DNA of 64,000 nucleotides. Origin: Candidatus Oxydemutatoraceae bacterium. Its GTDB lineage: Bacteria; Pseudomonadota; Gammaproteobacteria; Poriferisulfidales; Oxydemutatoraceae. The DNA lies in assembly GCA_965218975.1 (NCBI GenBank), contig OZ244717.1, positions 1,760,001 through 1,824,000 of the forward strand. The letters run 5' to 3'. Below the pieces are notes generated by a model that did not search any database, had not been told where the DNA came from, and worked only from the letters and a program-made list of their open reading frames with translations. Positions 33,776 through 43,220 of the stretch are shown piece by piece (the first letter of the stretch is position 1; each line of letters starts with the position of its first letter). The position numbers and the translations under genes are program-made.

Positions 33776-34870
33776 CTACTTGCATTCAAGAACCCGCACT
33801 CCCGCACGATCATCCACTTCAACGAGCTCCCCGCTGGCAATTTCGGCCCCGTTCACACGAATTTCAATTTCCTTGCTTGCATCTTTCTTTAAATCAAATA
33901 CGTAACCCGGCCGGATTCGTTGCAACTCTTTCAATGTGATATTGAGGCGTCCGGCGACAAAGAGCACATCCATCGGCAAATCTGAAATATCCGGCGATGT
34001 TTGCATGCCGGTCCTAGGCGCAGTTGCTTCGGAGGTCTCTTCTGCGGTAACGGTGTTGCCGACGGCGCCGGAACTTTCCGCATCCGATACCTCACCGGCA
34101 TTCTCGGGAGTTTTAGATTCTTCTTCCATTATTTTTTCCAATTGGGTTTGAACAATTAAATCGTTGCCGCTAATTCGGGCTAGGCATGAAAAATGATTAC
34201 TTATACTAACACGCAATCGCCCGTCGGATAAGTAACTTGTGCTCAACAACACAATATCGCCAGACTGTAGAGACTGAATATCGGATACTGTCAATGAGGC
34301 GTGGCCAAGTTCCAGATTGACCGGCAAAGTCAGCCAAGCGTAATCCTTTGCGATCGGAGCTTGCCCGGCGTCGCCCAGCCAATCGGCAACCGGTGCGGGT
34401 AAAGGCCGATCAATGGTAACTAATATCGTCTGCGCGGAAGTGATTTGCGCCGATGTAATTTGAACGAATAAGCCATTTGCCGTTGCACCGTCCGACCACT
34501 CGAATCCTTCTAACGTCAATATCGCGCCCAATTGTTTTTTCAGCGTATTCGTCAAGGGAAATATCGTTGCCGACAACAAAGCAAATTGTAAATCTTCGGG
34601 CAAGGCCTTCAATGAGGACGACGGAACGATGTGCACCAACAAAGCGTCCAACGCAGAGTCACTCAAATAAACCGATAGCATACAGTCGCCGATACGGCAG
34701 CGTAAAATCATAGCAGCACGGTAGCCGCGATTATAAGCGGCGAGGCGAACGTGATATACCTGCCCATCTATCGCAAGCTGAACATTGCCGCCAGCCTTGC
34801 ACAAAAGCTGATTCGCCAAATTCGCTTCCGCATAAGAACAGCGATGATAAGTCAGCGGCTGCCAGTCCAT
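33776..34870 (-). CDS. sctQ: T3SS sorting-platform protein
   Basis: Two SpoA-like segments; C-terminal GELVEVDDRAGVRV. Confidence 0.88.
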   Translation of the reverse strand: MDWQPLTYHRCSYAEANLANQLLCKAGGNVQLAIDGQVYHVRLAAYNRGYRAAMILRCRIGDCMLSVYLSDSALDALLVHIVPSSSLKALPEDLQFALLSATIFPLTNTLKKQLGAILTLEGFEWSDGATANGLFVQITSAQITSAQTILVTIDRPLPAPVADWLGDAGQAPIAKDYAWLTLPVNLELGHASLTVSDIQSLQSGDIVLLSTSYLSDGRLRVSISNHFSCLARISGNDLIVQTQLEKIMEEESKTPENAGEVSDAESSGAVGNTVTAEETSEATAPRTGMQTSPDISDLPMDVLFVAGRLNITLKELQRIRPGYVFDLKKDASKEIEIRVNGAEIASGELVEVDDRAGVRVLECK

Positions 34871-34914
34871 TTATTTGCGGATGTAACTTTATTCGAGTCA
34901 GCCGGGGCGAGTTT

Positions 34915-35715
34915 TCACCGCTGCTCGGAATCGTCATCTATCTCGACGTACCGCTGACGCGACCGGCCTTCATTATGCTCACCTTCGGCGCCGCGCCCCC
35001 CCTGCATCTCAACGCTAATCAGGACCCGCTCATCTTTCAGACGGTCACTCAAAGCTTGTTCAATCTGTCCCTTATGTTGCGCAATAAAAGCTTCCGCATC
35101 TTTGGTATTGGCCATGAACATCACTTTCAATTCTCCGCCCTCGCGAAAAACCCGCACGCTGCTTCCATCCAAAAAGGACGATTTCAGCCGGATACGTACC
35201 TCCGGATTCGTTTTGGAATCGGGTGAAGTCACTAGTACCCGTTCAGCAATCTGCTGTACGATTTTACCGACGTCGTGTGTCATCGGATGCGTATCCTGCA
35301 CCGCTTGCGATGCTGCACTCGTCTCAGTCATCAAGGGCGAGGCTGCCGGCGCGATATAAGCCGATTCGGATGCGGTCGCCGCGGCTGAATCGCGCCGACG
35401 AGATTCTTTATGCTCGCCGATATGCTCGCCGATGTCGCTACCCGCGGCGGATTCTGCCGCGGCATGGCGGTCGGTATTGCGTACCGGCGCAGTCTGAAAG
35501 TCTCGGTCCAGACGCTTCTGCACGCTATTTAAGCAGTGGTTAATATGCCGCTGGGTTTTCTTAGTCAGTGCTCGCTCTTTTTGCGCAGGCTTTTTCAACA
35601 AAGAAGAAAACTGTCGTTTAGCCGTTTGCAGAGAAGCATTCGCATCAACTTTCGACGCGGCGGAATCTTTCTGTTCTTGGCGAACATGACTTGAATGTTG
35701 AGTGATTTTTTCCAT
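34915..35715 (-). CDS. sctP: T3SS needle length ruler
   Basis: Low-complexity N-terminus with FliK-C/T3S4-like EVRIRLKSSFLDGSSVRV; between sctO and sctQ. Confidence 0.78.
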   Translation of the reverse strand: MEKITQHSSHVRQEQKDSAASKVDANASLQTAKRQFSSLLKKPAQKERALTKKTQRHINHCLNSVQKRLDRDFQTAPVRNTDRHAAAESAAGSDIGEHIGEHKESRRRDSAAATASESAYIAPAASPLMTETSAASQAVQDTHPMTHDVGKIVQQIAERVLVTSPDSKTNPEVRIRLKSSFLDGSSVRVFREGGELKVMFMANTKDAEAFIAQHKGQIEQALSDRLKDERVLISVEMQGGRGAEGEHNEGRSRQRYVEIDDDSEQR

Positions 35716-35750
35716 TATGCCCTCTCCGACAGATTCACCGATTAAAATAG

Positions 35751-36209
35751 TTATAATTTCCTTGACGCAAAATCCTCAAGTTCAATCTCCTCTTTACGCT
35801 CCGTCTCGCGTTTCTCTTCATCAACGATGATTTGATTATACTCCTCATATTTCGTCATTTCCTTATAGGTTTCCAACCGCCGCCGTTGCGCTTCCTCCAA
35901 TGCCGATTGAGCCGCCGCCACATCTTTCTCCGCCTGCAAATAGGCCTCATGCAATTGAAGCTCTTTTTGCCGAAGCAAACCAATCTGTTCGCGCAATTCC
36001 TCGAGCGTTTTCAGTGCAACGTTTTTACCGTATATTTCATCGTATAACCGATCTTCTTCACTCAGCCTCCACACTTTATATTCGTCTTCTTCGCGGCATT
36101 TTTTATCGCGCGTTACAATCTGTCGTTCAAGAAACGCTTGTGCTTTTGCCAACGCGGCAATGGCATCCTCCTCGCGCAAACGCTTTATTTTCAGCAAGTC
36201 GTTGAGCAT
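35751..36209 (-). CDS. sctO: T3SS stalk protein
   Basis: MLNDLLKIKRLRE coiled coil ending EEIELEDF; follows sctN. Confidence 0.85.
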   Translation of the reverse strand: MLNDLLKIKRLREEDAIAALAKAQAFLERQIVTRDKKCREEDEYKVWRLSEEDRLYDEIYGKNVALKTLEELREQIGLLRQKELQLHEAYLQAEKDVAAAQSALEEAQRRRLETYKEMTKYEEYNQIIVDEEKRETERKEEIELEDFASRKL

Positions 36210-36214
36210 ACGAT

Positions 36215-37540
36215 CTATCGGTCGACCACCGCCTGCATTTGTCGCAGCGTATCTTCAAACGCCGTCGCTTCATACAGACCTTGCTTCAGAAACTCATTGA
36301 TTTTACCGATCTTCGCAATCGCTTCGTCCGCCAATATATCCGACCCTTCCTTATACTCGCCGATTTTAATCAATAATTCGATCTCCTGATATTTTGCGAG
36401 CAACTCGCGAATTTTACCGGCGATGCGCTTGTGCTCATCGTTCACGATATTATTCATCACGCGGCTAACGCTTGCCAAGACATCCACCGCCGGATAATGA
36501 TTGGCTTGCGCCAGCCGCCGCGACAAAATAATGTGCCCGTCCAGAATAGAGCGGGTTTCATCCGCAATCGGTTCGGTCATATCATCCCCTTCGACCAGTA
36601 CTGTATAAAGTGCAGTGATGGAACCTTTGTCGGACTGTCCGGCACGCTCCATCAACCGCGGCAGGGCGGCAAACACCGACGGAGGGAATCCGCGTCGAGT
36701 CGGCGGTTCTCCGGCGGCAAGGCCAATTTCACGCTGCGCTCTGGCGAAACGTGTAACCGAGTCCATCAATAATAGCACTTTCTTACCTTGATCCCTGAAG
36801 TACTCGGCGATAGTAGTCGCGACATAAGCGGCTTTCATACGCTCCATCGCCGGACGATCGGAGGTTGCCACAACAATAACCGACTGCTTGAGTCCTTCCG
36901 CGCCGATGTCATGTTCAATAAATTCTCGCACCTCGCGGCCGCGCTCACCGATCAACGCCAATATCGTCACATCGGCGGCGGCGTTGCGAATGAGCATGGA
37001 AAGCAAAGTACTTTTGCCGCCGCCCGCGGCAGCGAAGATTCCCATACGCTGACCTTCGCCGCAGGTAAGCAAACCGTCAAAAACGCGTAAACCCAACGGC
37101 AAAGGCTGTTCAATCACTTGACGTTGCATCGGATTCGGAGGATCGGCATACACCGGATAAGCCGCGGCGTTATCCAAAACTCCGCCGTCAAAAGGATAAC
37201 CCAACCCATCCAACACCTTCCCTAAGATATCCGGCCCGACCGGAACTTCATGCGATCGGCCGGTGGGAATCACTTCAGTGGTATCGGATACACCGATCAT
37301 ATTGCCCATCGGAGTCAGCAATGTCAGTTTTTTTTCAAACCCGATCACTTCCGCCATCATTTTCCGTTTTTCGCCGAGATTCCGTAAATAGCATAATTCA
37401 CCGACTTTGACGCCCGGCACCGCGGCGCGGATTAACGCACCGGTCACTTCATGCACCTGTCCGCGCATTTCAAACAAGTCAATATTCCTGACCGTATTTT
37501 CAAGCGTCTGCGTAATGTAATCAAAGCCGGCACGCATCAT
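36215..37540 (-). CDS. sctN: T3SS ATPase
   Basis: [30 protein letters not shown]. Confidence 0.97.
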   Translation of the reverse strand: MMRAGFDYITQTLENTVRNIDLFEMRGQVHEVTGALIRAAVPGVKVGELCYLRNLGEKRKMMAEVIGFEKKLTLLTPMGNMIGVSDTTEVIPTGRSHEVPVGPDILGKVLDGLGYPFDGGVLDNAAAYPVYADPPNPMQRQVIEQPLPLGLRVFDGLLTCGEGQRMGIFAAAGGGKSTLLSMLIRNAAADVTILALIGERGREVREFIEHDIGAEGLKQSVIVVATSDRPAMERMKAAYVATTIAEYFRDQGKKVLLLMDSVTRFARAQREIGLAAGEPPTRRGFPPSVFAALPRLMERAGQSDKGSITALYTVLVEGDDMTEPIADETRSILDGHIILSRRLAQANHYPAVDVLASVSRVMNNIVNDEHKRIAGKIRELLAKYQEIELLIKIGEYKEGSDILADEAIAKIGKINEFLKQGLYEATAFEDTLRQMQAVVDR

Positions 37541-37553
37541 TAAAATATCGCAG

Positions 37554-37982
37554 TCAAGGTTTTAAGATCGTTTGGCTCGCCGACAAAGGCGATTGCGGCG
37601 TTCGCGACAAGAAATGACGGTATTCTTCAAACGCATTGACATATCGCTCAAGCGCCTCTTCAAATTCATAAATATTTAAATCATTCAACTCAAATCGAGT
37701 ATGCAACAGCACACGATGATCCGCGTCCAATGCGGGCGTCACGGCGCTGTGCTTCATGCGCATGAACGCATAGTTTAATAACCGCCGCAACCAACCGAGC
37801 GCTTGTTCTTTATCCAAAGTATCCAGCACGGAAGTGAAGTACACCGAATCAAATTTTTCAAAACACCGTACTTCGATATGATCATCGAATGTTATCGTAT
37901 AAACTCCTTCCTCGTCGGCGGTTAAATTTTCAATATGATGCCGTTTGGAAAACTCGCCAATCAACACTTTCAATTTTACCAT
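37554..37982 (-). CDS. CesT/YscB-like class I T3SS chaperone
   Basis: 142 aa, [13 protein letters not shown]-terminal amphipathic helix [10 protein letters not shown]. Confidence 0.7.
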   Translation of the reverse strand: MVKLKVLIGEFSKRHHIENLTADEEGVYTITFDDHIEVRCFEKFDSVYFTSVLDTLDKEQALGWLRRLLNYAFMRMKHSAVTPALDADHRVLLHTRFELNDLNIYEFEEALERYVNAFEEYRHFLSRTPQSPLSASQTILKP

Positions 37983-37997
37983 GTCACGCCGTCCGCA

Positions 37998-38603
37998 TTA
38001 TCCCGTTGGTCCGGTAAAATTTTCCGCCAAAGCCTTCTTCAAGGTTTCAATCTGAGAATTGACGCTCGTATCAATCGATCCCAACGGGGTCTCCAAACGG
38101 CAGGCGCCGGCGTCAATCGCTTGATCCGCAACCACGTCCACAAATTCAATATTGGGATAAGCCGCAGTGATCGCTTCAATCTGCCGCTTCATTGTCGGCG
38201 CTTGGTCAGGAGATACCCGCAACGTAACGCGGCTTTCATTGCGCACTTGGTGCAACGCATTCTTCACCATTCGAACCGCCGCATCGGTCTCTTCCCAATC
38301 ACCGATAATTCTTTCCACCGATTCAACGACAATTTTCGTCAATCGTTGCTCGACTTGCGACAAATATTCGATGGACGCCGATGCCATATCAAGCATTTGC
38401 TTGCCGGTCAATTGCCGTGCCTGTGCTTTAGCCGCTCGATACGCCGCATCTTTTTCTTGCCTATAAAGCGCTTTCGCTTGCTGTTTAATCTCAGCGATCA
38501 TCTGCTTGCCTTCAACCATACGCTGATAATCCTCCGCTTTAATAATCTTACTCAAAGGCGAGATAGAGATTTGCTCAAGTTTTCTTATCGCCCAACGCGC
38601 CAT
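37998..38603 (-). CDS. sctL: T3SS stator
   Basis: FliH/YscL-like VTLRVSP...CRLETPLGSIDTS. Confidence 0.9.
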   Translation of the reverse strand: MARWAIRKLEQISISPLSKIIKAEDYQRMVEGKQMIAEIKQQAKALYRQEKDAAYRAAKAQARQLTGKQMLDMASASIEYLSQVEQRLTKIVVESVERIIGDWEETDAAVRMVKNALHQVRNESRVTLRVSPDQAPTMKRQIEAITAAYPNIEFVDVVADQAIDAGACRLETPLGSIDTSVNSQIETLKKALAENFTGPTG

Positions 38604-38605
38604 AG

Positions 38606-39268
38606 CTAATCAATCTCTTTTGTCAGCCTCAACAACAAGCGCGTATGAGCATCGCAATCGGAATCCGCCGCCTGCCAGTAATCCTCAACCATCGTCTTGG
38701 GCAATTTCGACTGTAAACGACCGACAAATGCCGGAGAAAACTTGCGCATAACCGTTGCCAGATTATTCACGCCCAACCGATAACAATCTTCATTCAAGCG
38801 ATCGAAGCGCTCACCCTTATCAAACGGTGCCGTTGATTCGAATCGCGCTTCCTTTAGCAAAAAGGCGCCTCGTTTAATCGCGAAAAAATAATCCTCTTCG
38901 CTGACGGAACTTTTAATCGCCTGTCGATCACTGCCGCGGATGACGTGCGCGATTCGCTGCGATTGCAACGTTAAACCGGCTAAATAAACCAGACGTTTTA
39001 GCCGCTTACCCGGCAACAATGCGATTTGTTTTTCATCCGCGGAAAAATCAAAATCAAACTGATCGGCCAACCCCCTCTTGCGTAAAAAGAACCGCGATAG
39101 ATGGAATTGAGCGCAGGCGGGGAATTGCTTGGGATTCAATAGCGTTCCTGCCAGCCACTCGCTCCGCCACCAACTGTCATCAATATCTTGCGTCGGAAGA
39201 AAATTAAACTGTAGCAGCTCACGGAACCTTTCCAGCGGCAAAACATTCAGTTCACAAACCGAAGTCAT
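38606..39268 (-). CDS. sctK: T3SS sorting-platform accessory protein
   Basis: QFNFLP...W, IALLP...GL pattern; between sctJ and sctL. Confidence 0.75.
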   Translation of the reverse strand: MTSVCELNVLPLERFRELLQFNFLPTQDIDDSWWRSEWLAGTLLNPKQFPACAQFHLSRFFLRKRGLADQFDFDFSADEKQIALLPGKRLKRLVYLAGLTLQSQRIAHVIRGSDRQAIKSSVSEEDYFFAIKRGAFLLKEARFESTAPFDKGERFDRLNEDCYRLGVNNLATVMRKFSPAFVGRLQSKLPKTMVEDYWQAADSDCDAHTRLLLRLTKEID

Positions 39269-39271
39269 GTT

Positions 39272-40045
39272 TTAATTGTTTGCGGCGGAACGATTGTCCG
39301 GCGACGAAGACAAACGCCTTTTACGCATCAAAAAATAAATATTGGCCGTCAGCGAAAGCGCAATGAGAGATGCCAAGCTTGCCAAAAGTAAGTAGAAACG
39401 CTGTACTGACTGCGGCGCCACTTCAATGAACAAAATTGGTTGGGGATGATGCGACCGGTCAAGCAGTACCGTATCTTCTTGCTGTGCTGGAAACAGCGCG
39501 ACGTTTACGGCATTGTAAGATAAACCGGCAATCCCGCTGGAAACAATCGATTTGACTTGCGGAATATAGGCATCAAAATCGTAGTTCGGATTATGCTTGA
39601 TAAAAACTGCGGCGGACGCCTTAACCGTATTTCCGGAACGTTTCTCCTCCGGCAACACCACATGCACCCGCGCCGTCATCACACCGTCCACTTGTGATAA
39701 TGTCTCGGCAATCTCCTGCGACAACCCATAAATATAACGCGTGCGGTCCTCGAACGGAGTGGATATCAGCTTATCCTTATCGAAAACATCTCCGATCGTT
39801 AAAAATTTTTTTCCGGGATAGCCGTTCTTACGCAATAGATCAACTGCCGCGGATATTTGGCTTCGCTCTACATGCAAACTCACCCTATTATCTTTCTCAG
39901 TCTGCTTCTCGCTGCTGATATGATGGCCAAGCAACAAAGCAAGCATTTCGTTACCTTCTTGCTCCTCCAACTGCGAGTAAAGCTCCACTTTGCAACCGCT
40001 CAACAAACACAACAGCAAAACGGCACATGCGGCAATCTTCGGCAA
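39272..40045 (-). CDS. sctJ: T3SS inner-membrane ring lipoprotein
   Basis: LLSGC lipobox followed by KVELY..L, VDGVMTARVHVVLP; start uncertain (TTG 40045 chosen). Confidence 0.93.
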   Translation of the reverse strand: MPKIAACAVLLLCLLSGCKVELYSQLEEQEGNEMLALLLGHHISSEKQTEKDNRVSLHVERSQISAAVDLLRKNGYPGKKFLTIGDVFDKDKLISTPFEDRTRYIYGLSQEIAETLSQVDGVMTARVHVVLPEEKRSGNTVKASAAVFIKHNPNYDFDAYIPQVKSIVSSGIAGLSYNAVNVALFPAQQEDTVLLDRSHHPQPILFIEVAPQSVQRFYLLLASLASLIALSLTANIYFLMRKRRLSSSPDNRSAANN

Positions 40046-40124
40046 ACGAAGTGAATTGTCGGACGATACGAAAACGCATCCGAACACAAACAGCCGCGCT
40101 TTGACAGTAGAAAAAAACCGCAAA

Positions 40125-40556
40125 CTATGACTTAAGCAGCGTGTCGGCACTCTGTGAATATTTGTTGACCGCATCGGTTGCCGTGCCGGCGGTAGCGGTA
40201 ATTTTTGCCGCTTCGATCTGGCTGCGCAATACATTGCCCGCTTCACCTCCTTCCACACCGGCTTTTGCAATCACTTGATCAATCCTGTGCGCTTGCTTGC
40301 TCATGGATGCCAAATGATTCAGAATCCGATCACCCGGCGAAAGAGCCTGAGATTCGTCAAGCGGCGGAACTTTTGCGGTAGTATTTTGCTGTTGCGCGGA
40401 AATATCCGCCCCATTGTTTTCAACGGCGGACATTATTTCCTGAAATTTTGTCGCTGGTTGCGTGTTTGCTTCGTTTGACTCGGGAATTTTTTCCGCAAAC
40501 TTCGATTGCAATTTTTCAATCAGCTTCTGCTGAACTTGGCTAAAATCAATCGGCAT
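40125..40556 (-). CDS. sctI: T3SS inner rod protein
   Basis: PGDRILNHL, C-terminal VNKYSQSADTLLKS; upstream of sctJ. Confidence 0.8.
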   Translation of the reverse strand: MPIDFSQVQQKLIEKLQSKFAEKIPESNEANTQPATKFQEIMSAVENNGADISAQQQNTTAKVPPLDESQALSPGDRILNHLASMSKQAHRIDQVIAKAGVEGGEAGNVLRSQIEAAKITATAGTATDAVNKYSQSADTLLKS

Positions 40557-40615
40557 ATTATCGCGCAGGATATGCTTGCATCATAAGCTCGGAATGATTT
40601 ACGAACAAATACCGG

Positions 40616-41005
40616 CTAGCGTGCGGCGATTTCATTATCTAATGCAGATTGAGCCAAGCGTGAGGCTTCAGCGTCACCGCCATCGGCAACCACCGCCCGC
40701 ATTACCTTCTCGCTTTCGCCGATACGCTTCGCCATAATCAGGAAAAGCCCCATAAAGGCACGTGCCATCAGGTCGCCGGATTCCGCGGATATCCCCTCCT
40801 TTGACATGAATTGACATGCCGCTTCAGGGTTATCGTCACAATTCGCATAAACCATCGCTGTCCCAATGATCCAAGCGGGGTTCTCGGGAGCCGTCGACTT
40901 GACGCCGTGAAAAATGCCCAAAGCAAAATCGCGCATCGCCGACCAACGACATGCGACAAACCCCAGTGCCGCCGACTGACGCAGTATTTCTTTAGAAATT
41001 TCCAT
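40616..41005 (-). CDS. Needle chaperone (YscG/SsaH-like, TPR-type)
   Basis: Ala-rich helical 129 aa directly downstream of the needle gene. Confidence 0.55.
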   Translation of the reverse strand: MEISKEILRQSAALGFVACRWSAMRDFALGIFHGVKSTAPENPAWIIGTAMVYANCDDNPEAACQFMSKEGISAESGDLMARAFMGLFLIMAKRIGESEKVMRAVVADGGDAEASRLAQSALDNEIAAR

Positions 41006-41035
41006 GTCGATAGAAAATTAAATGCGTGCGCGATG

Positions 41036-41260
41036 CTACATTCGTTGAAGAATTTGGCCGATCGAATCTTTAATGTCTTTGACCAAACTGCTCATAAAAC
41101 CCACTTCCATATTATAACGTGAATATTCCATCTGCATTTTAACCATGCTCACGGGGTCGCTCACATCAACATCACCCAGCATTTTAGTCAGCTTATCCTC
41201 TTCCTGACCAATCTGCGACGTTACGGAATTGCCCACGCTATCAAGATCGATACCACTCAT
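41036..41260 (-). CDS. sctF: T3SS needle subunit
   Basis: 74 aa, DPVSMVKMQ...SSLVKDIKDSIGQILQRM; GAGGAG RBS. Confidence 0.87.
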   Translation of the reverse strand: MSGIDLDSVGNSVTSQIGQEEDKLTKMLGDVDVSDPVSMVKMQMEYSRYNMEVGFMSSLVKDIKDSIGQILQRM

Positions 41261-41318
41261 GACTAAACTCCTCTTCGGCTTGAAGTGCAACAAAATAGTA
41301 TAAGTACTTTAAGCACAG

Positions 41319-41348
41319 GTTATACCATCAACCGCCGCGAATTGTCAA
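41319..41348 (-). promoter_or_regulatory. Putative sigma70 promoter of the T3SS operon
   Basis: TTGACA-N18-TATAAC with TG extension, upstream of sctF. Confidence 0.55.
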
Positions 41349-41353
41349 ATTCA

Positions 41354-41880
41354 TGTATAGGTCCATAACATTTGGCACTCCGGGTGTGTACGATGCCACC
41401 CTAAATGGGATTCTTGAAGGGCTTCGAGGGAAGCGTTCGGCAGTAACATTCGGATCGGTGCTTTCTGTCCGTTGCCGGCATGAGGGCGGCGCAGGGTGAG
41501 ACGCGCCCGGAAAACCGATCGGTTTTCAGCGGCGAACGACCCGACAAGGACATAGGGGCTGGCGCTCATTGACAGAACCAAGTCTCGTCACGGACGACAG
41601 ACACTTTGCTGATAACACACCAACAAACACAAAACGGTTTCATAACCGGTCATTGAATGTTTCCGTATCGGCGAATAGCAGGTCTTCCGCATGATCGATA
41701 CAATCTTCTTGGACGGTGCGGTTGAAGCACTCGATGTGCGCGTTCATTTTTGGACATTTGGGATAAATCAACCCATATTCGACGACAAGCTTTGCTGTTT
41801 TGCGATTACGGATGTACGGGCTTGCGGCGACCAGACAAAATGACACGCGCGCCAACCGAAAACAAACATAAAAAGGCAAA
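41354..41880 (-). mobile_element. IS481-like remnant with two tandem right ends and module copy e (41491-41612)
   Basis: Ends TGTATAGGTCCA (41354) and TGTACGATGCCA (41387); 41387-41643 near-identical to 23541-23797; fragment YPKCPKMNAHIECFNRTVQED. Confidence 0.82.
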
Positions 41881-41951
41881 ATCGATATTCCGCGTTAAAA
41901 TGCCGACTCAATCGAATGCTCCTAACAACGAATTGACCGAAACCGATCATA

Positions 41952-43220
41952 GTGGCAAAAAAGCGGAACCTTTTTTACGCACAATCAGGCGGCGTCACCG
42001 CCGTTATCAATGCCACTGCCGCAGGGGTCATTGAGACAGCACGACAACACCGCGATAAAATCGGTAAAGTGATCGCCGGACTCAATGGGATTACCGGCGC
42101 GCTCAATGAGGACTTAGTCGATACCAACAAAGAAAGTTTGAGCGATATTGCCCGTCTGATTCATACTCCGGCCGGGGCGTACGGATCTTGCCGTTATCGC
42201 CTGCAGGATTTTGAAAAAAATCGCGCAGAGTATATCCGCCTGATAGAAGTTTTCAAAGCGCACGACATCGGCTACTTTTTATACAACGGCGGCGGCGACT
42301 CGCAAGATACCACATATAAAGTTTCCGCCATCGGTGAACAACTAGGCTTCCCGATTACTTGCATCGGTATTCCCAAAACCGTTGACAATGATCTCCCGAT
42401 GACCGATAACTGTCCGGGTTTCGGCTCGGTCGCGAAATATGTCGCCGTATCCACCCTAGAAGCCGGTTTTGACGTGTCGTCTATGTGCCACAGCTCGACT
42501 AAAGTTTTCATACTGGAAGTAATGGGCAGGCATGCCGGCTGGATCGTCGGCGCGAGCGGACTTGCCGCTGCAAAAAAAGAGCATCCGCCGCATATTATCC
42601 TGTTCCCTGAAATCCCTTTTGCAAAAGAACATTTTTTAGCACGCGTCAAAGAATGCGTTAAACGTTACGGTTATTGCGTAACGGTGGCATCCGAAGGAGT
42701 GCGCGATCAGTCCGGACGCTTTCTTGCCGAATCCGGCGCCGCCGATGCTTTCGGGCACAAGCAATTAGGCGGGGTCGCGCCGACAATTGCCGGCATTGTG
42801 CGGCAATCGCTGGGCTATAAATACCATTGGGCGGTCGCTGATTACTTGCAACGTTCCGCAAGGCACATCGCCGCTCAAACAGATATTGAGCAAGCTTACG
42901 CTTTAGGTTGCGCCGCCGCTGAATTTGCCGTGCAGAACAAACGCAATGTCATGGCGACTATTGTGCGTAAATCGAATAAACCTTACCGCTGGACAATCGG
43001 AACGACACCGTTGAAATCAGTTGCCAACAAAGAAAAGAAAATGCCGCGTTATTTCATCACCCAAGACGGATTTCATATCACTGCGCGGTGCCGAACTTAT
43101 CTCGAACCGCTGATTCAAGGTGAATCTCCACCGCCATATAAGAACGGTCTGCCCGACTACGTTCGTCTGCGTAATATCAAAATTAGAAAAAAACTTCCCG
43201 CATGGAAATTAGACAAATGA
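41952..43220 (+). CDS. pfp: 6-phosphofructokinase, probably pyrophosphate-dependent
   Basis: AQSGGVTAVIN, NGGGDS, PKTVDND, EVMGRHAGW. Confidence 0.88.
   Translation: MAKKRNLFYAQSGGVTAVINATAAGVIETARQHRDKIGKVIAGLNGITGALNEDLVDTNKESLSDIARLIHTPAGAYGSCRYRLQDFEKNRAEYIRLIEVFKAHDIGYFLYNGGGDSQDTTYKVSAIGEQLGFPITCIGIPKTVDNDLPMTDNCPGFGSVAKYVAVSTLEAGFDVSSMCHSSTKVFILEVMGRHAGWIVGASGLAAAKKEHPPHIILFPEIPFAKEHFLARVKECVKRYGYCVTVASEGVRDQSGRFLAESGAADAFGHKQLGGVAPTIAGIVRQSLGYKYHWAVADYLQRSARHIAAQTDIEQAYALGCAAAEFAVQNKRNVMATIVRKSNKPYRWTIGTTPLKSVANKEKKMPRYFITQDGFHITARCRTYLEPLIQGESPPPYKNGLPDYVRLRNIKIRKKLPAWKLDK

Noticed and set aside
34127-34129. Internal start for a separate SctQ C-terminal product (MEEESK)
   Set aside because: Plausible by analogy with YscQ, but the upstream SD is weak and it cannot be supported from sequence alone
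24947-41260. Flagellar export cluster
   Set aside because: Needle, SctJ lipoprotein, gatekeeper and translocator are present; no flagellar structural genes
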